Below are positions 61,566-64,000 of a stretch of DNA of 64,000 bases, in pieces. The stretch is from the NCBI GenBank assembly GCA_964187785.1, contig OZ076409.1, positions 92,320,001 to 92,384,000 on the forward strand, read 5' to 3'. Within the stretch, counting starts at the first letter, position 1. The number at the start of each line of letters is the position of its first letter. The translations under genes and the position numbers were made by a program. The notes below the pieces were generated by a model, which worked only from the letters and a program-made list of their open reading frames with translations, searched no databases and had not been told where the DNA came from. The DNA is from Amphiscolops sp. MND2022. Taxonomy: Eukaryota.

Positions 61566-62035
61566 GGATGCGGGACAAAACAGCCGATTTAATAACGAGA
61601 CAAAACAGTTGATTTTCAAAACGAAACAAAACAGCCGATTTTCAAAACGAGGCAAAACAAACGATTTTCAAAACGGGATAAAACAGCCGATTTTCAAAAC
61701 GGAACAAAACGTTACAGGCGGCAATATGCAGGGAACCCTAATTTATTTGAAGAGGTTCATATTTGTTGTATGCCTCGGTCGCTTCGCTCCCTTCGCCAAG
61801 TAGCAACATTGAGGCATGGCCATATGGCACGTCGCTTCGCTCCTGCATTTAGGGCACTAGGGGTATGTGAACATAGCTGACTATGTTATAATGATAATCT
61901 TACGCATTGACAAAATCGGCGATTTTTATTTTTACCAATCGGCGGTTTTGTACTGTTTTAAAATCGACTGTTTTGTCCTATTTTGAAAATCGGCTGTTTT
62001 GTCCCGTTTAGAATCGGCTGTTTTGTCCCGCTCCC
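61566..62035. mobile_element. MITE with GACAAAACAGCCGATT-iterated arms
   Basis: 8-bp TSD AATTCAAG (61558-61565, 62036-62043); long inverted arms. Confidence 0.85.
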
Positions 62036-62430
62036 AATTCAAGATGCCCATCATTGACTAATTGGACTTTTAAAAATGAGCTCCGTAAGATGTACATCTA
62101 ACAAGATAAGCACAAATCCGTGGTTTGAAATCTGTATTCAGTCTTCATACATGTACCAGAATTATTTTAGTGGAGATCGTCGATTTTTTGTTTGTGTAAA
62201 CACTAAGACCCTCAAAGTTTCACCGTGCAATCAGTGGACAGCCATGAATTGGAAGATGAATAGAAACCTTGAGTGTTCCAAACATTAAGATCAATGAGGG
62301 GTTCTTTTCTTTATCACGACTATAGTATTTTCGAGAACTACTTGAAATCTAGCTTCAATGGATAAGCAGCAGTGTTCTGGTTTGAGCTTTGTCATTATGG
62401 AACTAATTGTCATACTTTTTTCGGAGCAGA

Positions 62431-62800
62431 ATGAAACCTTTCAAGAAGAAGAAGCATTCTGATATGTTGCAGAAAGAAGGCATCAAAATTCTCTCGGAGG
62501 CTTCGAAATGGGTAGTTCTCAAAAATGGCGGGATTATGAATGGATTCACTCGCGCTTCGCTTCTAGACATGTTTTCTTCTACTATTCCCAATTCAGCATT
62601 GCCAGTTGAGATAGAAATGCCCGCAACTAAATCTTTTTCCATCCTCAAATTCAATACCATTGCGGAAAGTCAGATCTTTTGCAACGCTTACGATGGTTTT
62701 TCAGTTCAGTTGGAACAGAGCGAACCTCGCAAAATATTGTATTGCTTCTTCACAGATGATGAATGGAAATGGCGTAAAGAAGTTTCATCAAACAATAATG
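62431..62800 (+). CDS. ALKBH8: ALKBH8 (tRNA methyltransferase/dioxygenase) exon 1, RRM region
   Basis: EGIKI...VVLKNGGIMNGFTR...MPATKSFS...LYCFF resembles the ALKBH8 N-terminal RRM; phase-1 GT donor at 62801. Confidence 0.8.
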
Positions 62801-62998
62801 GTATAACTTTTAATGACGTGTTATCGGTACGAAAACGTCAAAAGCATCAAAAGCAATACTTGGCTTCAAATATACGCTAAGACGCCATCAGAAACCAGGG
62901 CGTTATATAGAAACGTTTCTGGCAATCGAAGGTTGAAGTAGTTCTTGAAAGTTACTTGGCGCTTTTTCAGTTAATAGAATAAAATCGCCAGCCTATTA

Positions 62999-63182
62999 CA
63001 GTCAAACTCGGATAAAAGAAACTCATAGGGCGGTAAGAAAAGAGTTTCTTTTATCCATTGTTTCTTTTATCAGTTGTCCTATTAACGTAGAAAGCTTGTC
63101 TTGCATAAAAGCGGAGGTGTGAAAACGTTTCTTATATCCGAATGTTTCTTTTATCCGTGTTTCTTTTATCCGAGTTCGACTG
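62999..63182. mobile_element. Tc1/mariner-pogo-type MITE in ALKBH8 intron
   Basis: TA TSD; TIR CAGTCAAACTCGGATAAAAGAAAC. Confidence 0.85.
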
Positions 63183-63189
63183 TACTTTC

Positions 63190-63684
63190 ACTTTTTTCTA
63201 TAAGACGAATGCGACGAAACTGATAGGGTTGCCGATTTGAAATAGTCTAGCCTAAGAACTACAGTGTGCTAACAGGCTAAAGGACCCTCCTCTCAAGTTT
63301 TTTTATCATTTTCACATCACTTATGAAACAAAATTGCAAAGGCTCCTTTGGTTTTTTCGGGTCTGTGCTGCTTTTTCCGGAATTTTTTAAATTTCACTTT
63401 AAAAGGGTTCTTTTTGTTTTGTTGTGATTTTCTTTCAAGAAAGTGCTCTTTTGAGCCCAAAGGGTGTTTTTCGGCAATGTGAGATTTTTCACATTTTCAA
63501 CGAAAAGGGTTCTTTTTGTTTTGCTGTGATTTTCTTTCAAGAAAGTACTCTTTTGAGCCCAAAGGGTGTTTTTTCGGCAATGTGAGATTTTTCACATTTT
63601 CAACGAAAACAACCTTTTAATATATTTAAAAGACTTAGCAATTTTCGAGCCTTAAGCGCCGACTTTGACATTCTAATCTTGTTT
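63190..63684. mobile_element. HINE-like element (opposite orientation) with ~103-bp internal tandem duplication
   Basis: GAGCCTTAAGCGCCGACTT...CTTGTT end; duplicated units 63401-63502 and 63503-63605. Confidence 0.55.
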
Positions 63685-63858
63685 AATTTACTTCGGAACT
63701 TCAGAAAAGTCTGCCCTCTGTTTTCTCCGCTAAAAAGGTTTGTTTTTCAATATCGTGTCGCGGAGGGAAGGATTAATGTGTTTGAAATTTTCCCCAAGTC
63801 CTTTGCACCTCTGGCGCCTATGGCCATGCTTGTAGATACCCCTTTGTGTTTTTTCTAG

Positions 63859-64000
63859 GTGAATTTCCATCCTGTCAAAGCGGGCGTAAACTACCTCTAG
63901 GCATGGAAGTAATAGAGGATTTCATCAACGAAGAAACGGAGCAATTACTATGGAATTTGGCTGTTGAGTTCACTTCATCCAAAGACGACCAAAATAGTTA
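63859..64000 (+). CDS. ALKBH8: ALKBH8 exon 2 (start of AlkB domain), runs to the window edge
   Basis: TTTTTTCTAG acceptor, phase matches exon 1; LPLGMEVIEDFINEETEQLL resembles the LPPGL...EE..L start of the AlkB domain. Confidence 0.8.

Overview
Eukaryotic (invertebrate-animal-like) genomic DNA dominated by transposable elements; the species cannot be identified from sequence alone. 1-15758: the 3' part of a giant (>15.7 kb, 5' end outside the window) Ty3/Gypsy-type retroelement with gag-pro-RT-RH-IN, then a ~500-aa disordered ORF, an ~858-codon envelope glycoprotein whose motifs resemble chuvirus-type class III fusion proteins, two further accessory ORFs each preceded by a splice acceptor, a PPT and a 297-bp LTR. 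This copy has stops and frameshifts, but its layout is that of a complex endogenous enveloped retrovirus and it is the top finding. Also present: exons of a minus-strand host gene (ShK-like and F-type-lectin-like domains); two related Mag-like Gypsy elements with both LTRs and TSDs and an unusual WLDD RT motif; a CCC...GGG CMC/EnSpm-like element with a 442-bp tandem array; Helentron-like HINEs; a decayed CR1/L2-like LINE filled with nested MITEs that share a hairpin-rich core module; a minus-strand LINE with a separate SGNH-esterase-like ORF upstream of ORF1 and ORF2; a CRE-like RLE fragment; and host genes SNF8 (uninterrupted CDS) and ALKBH8 (first two exons). All family assignments come from reading motifs by eye; no database searches were run.
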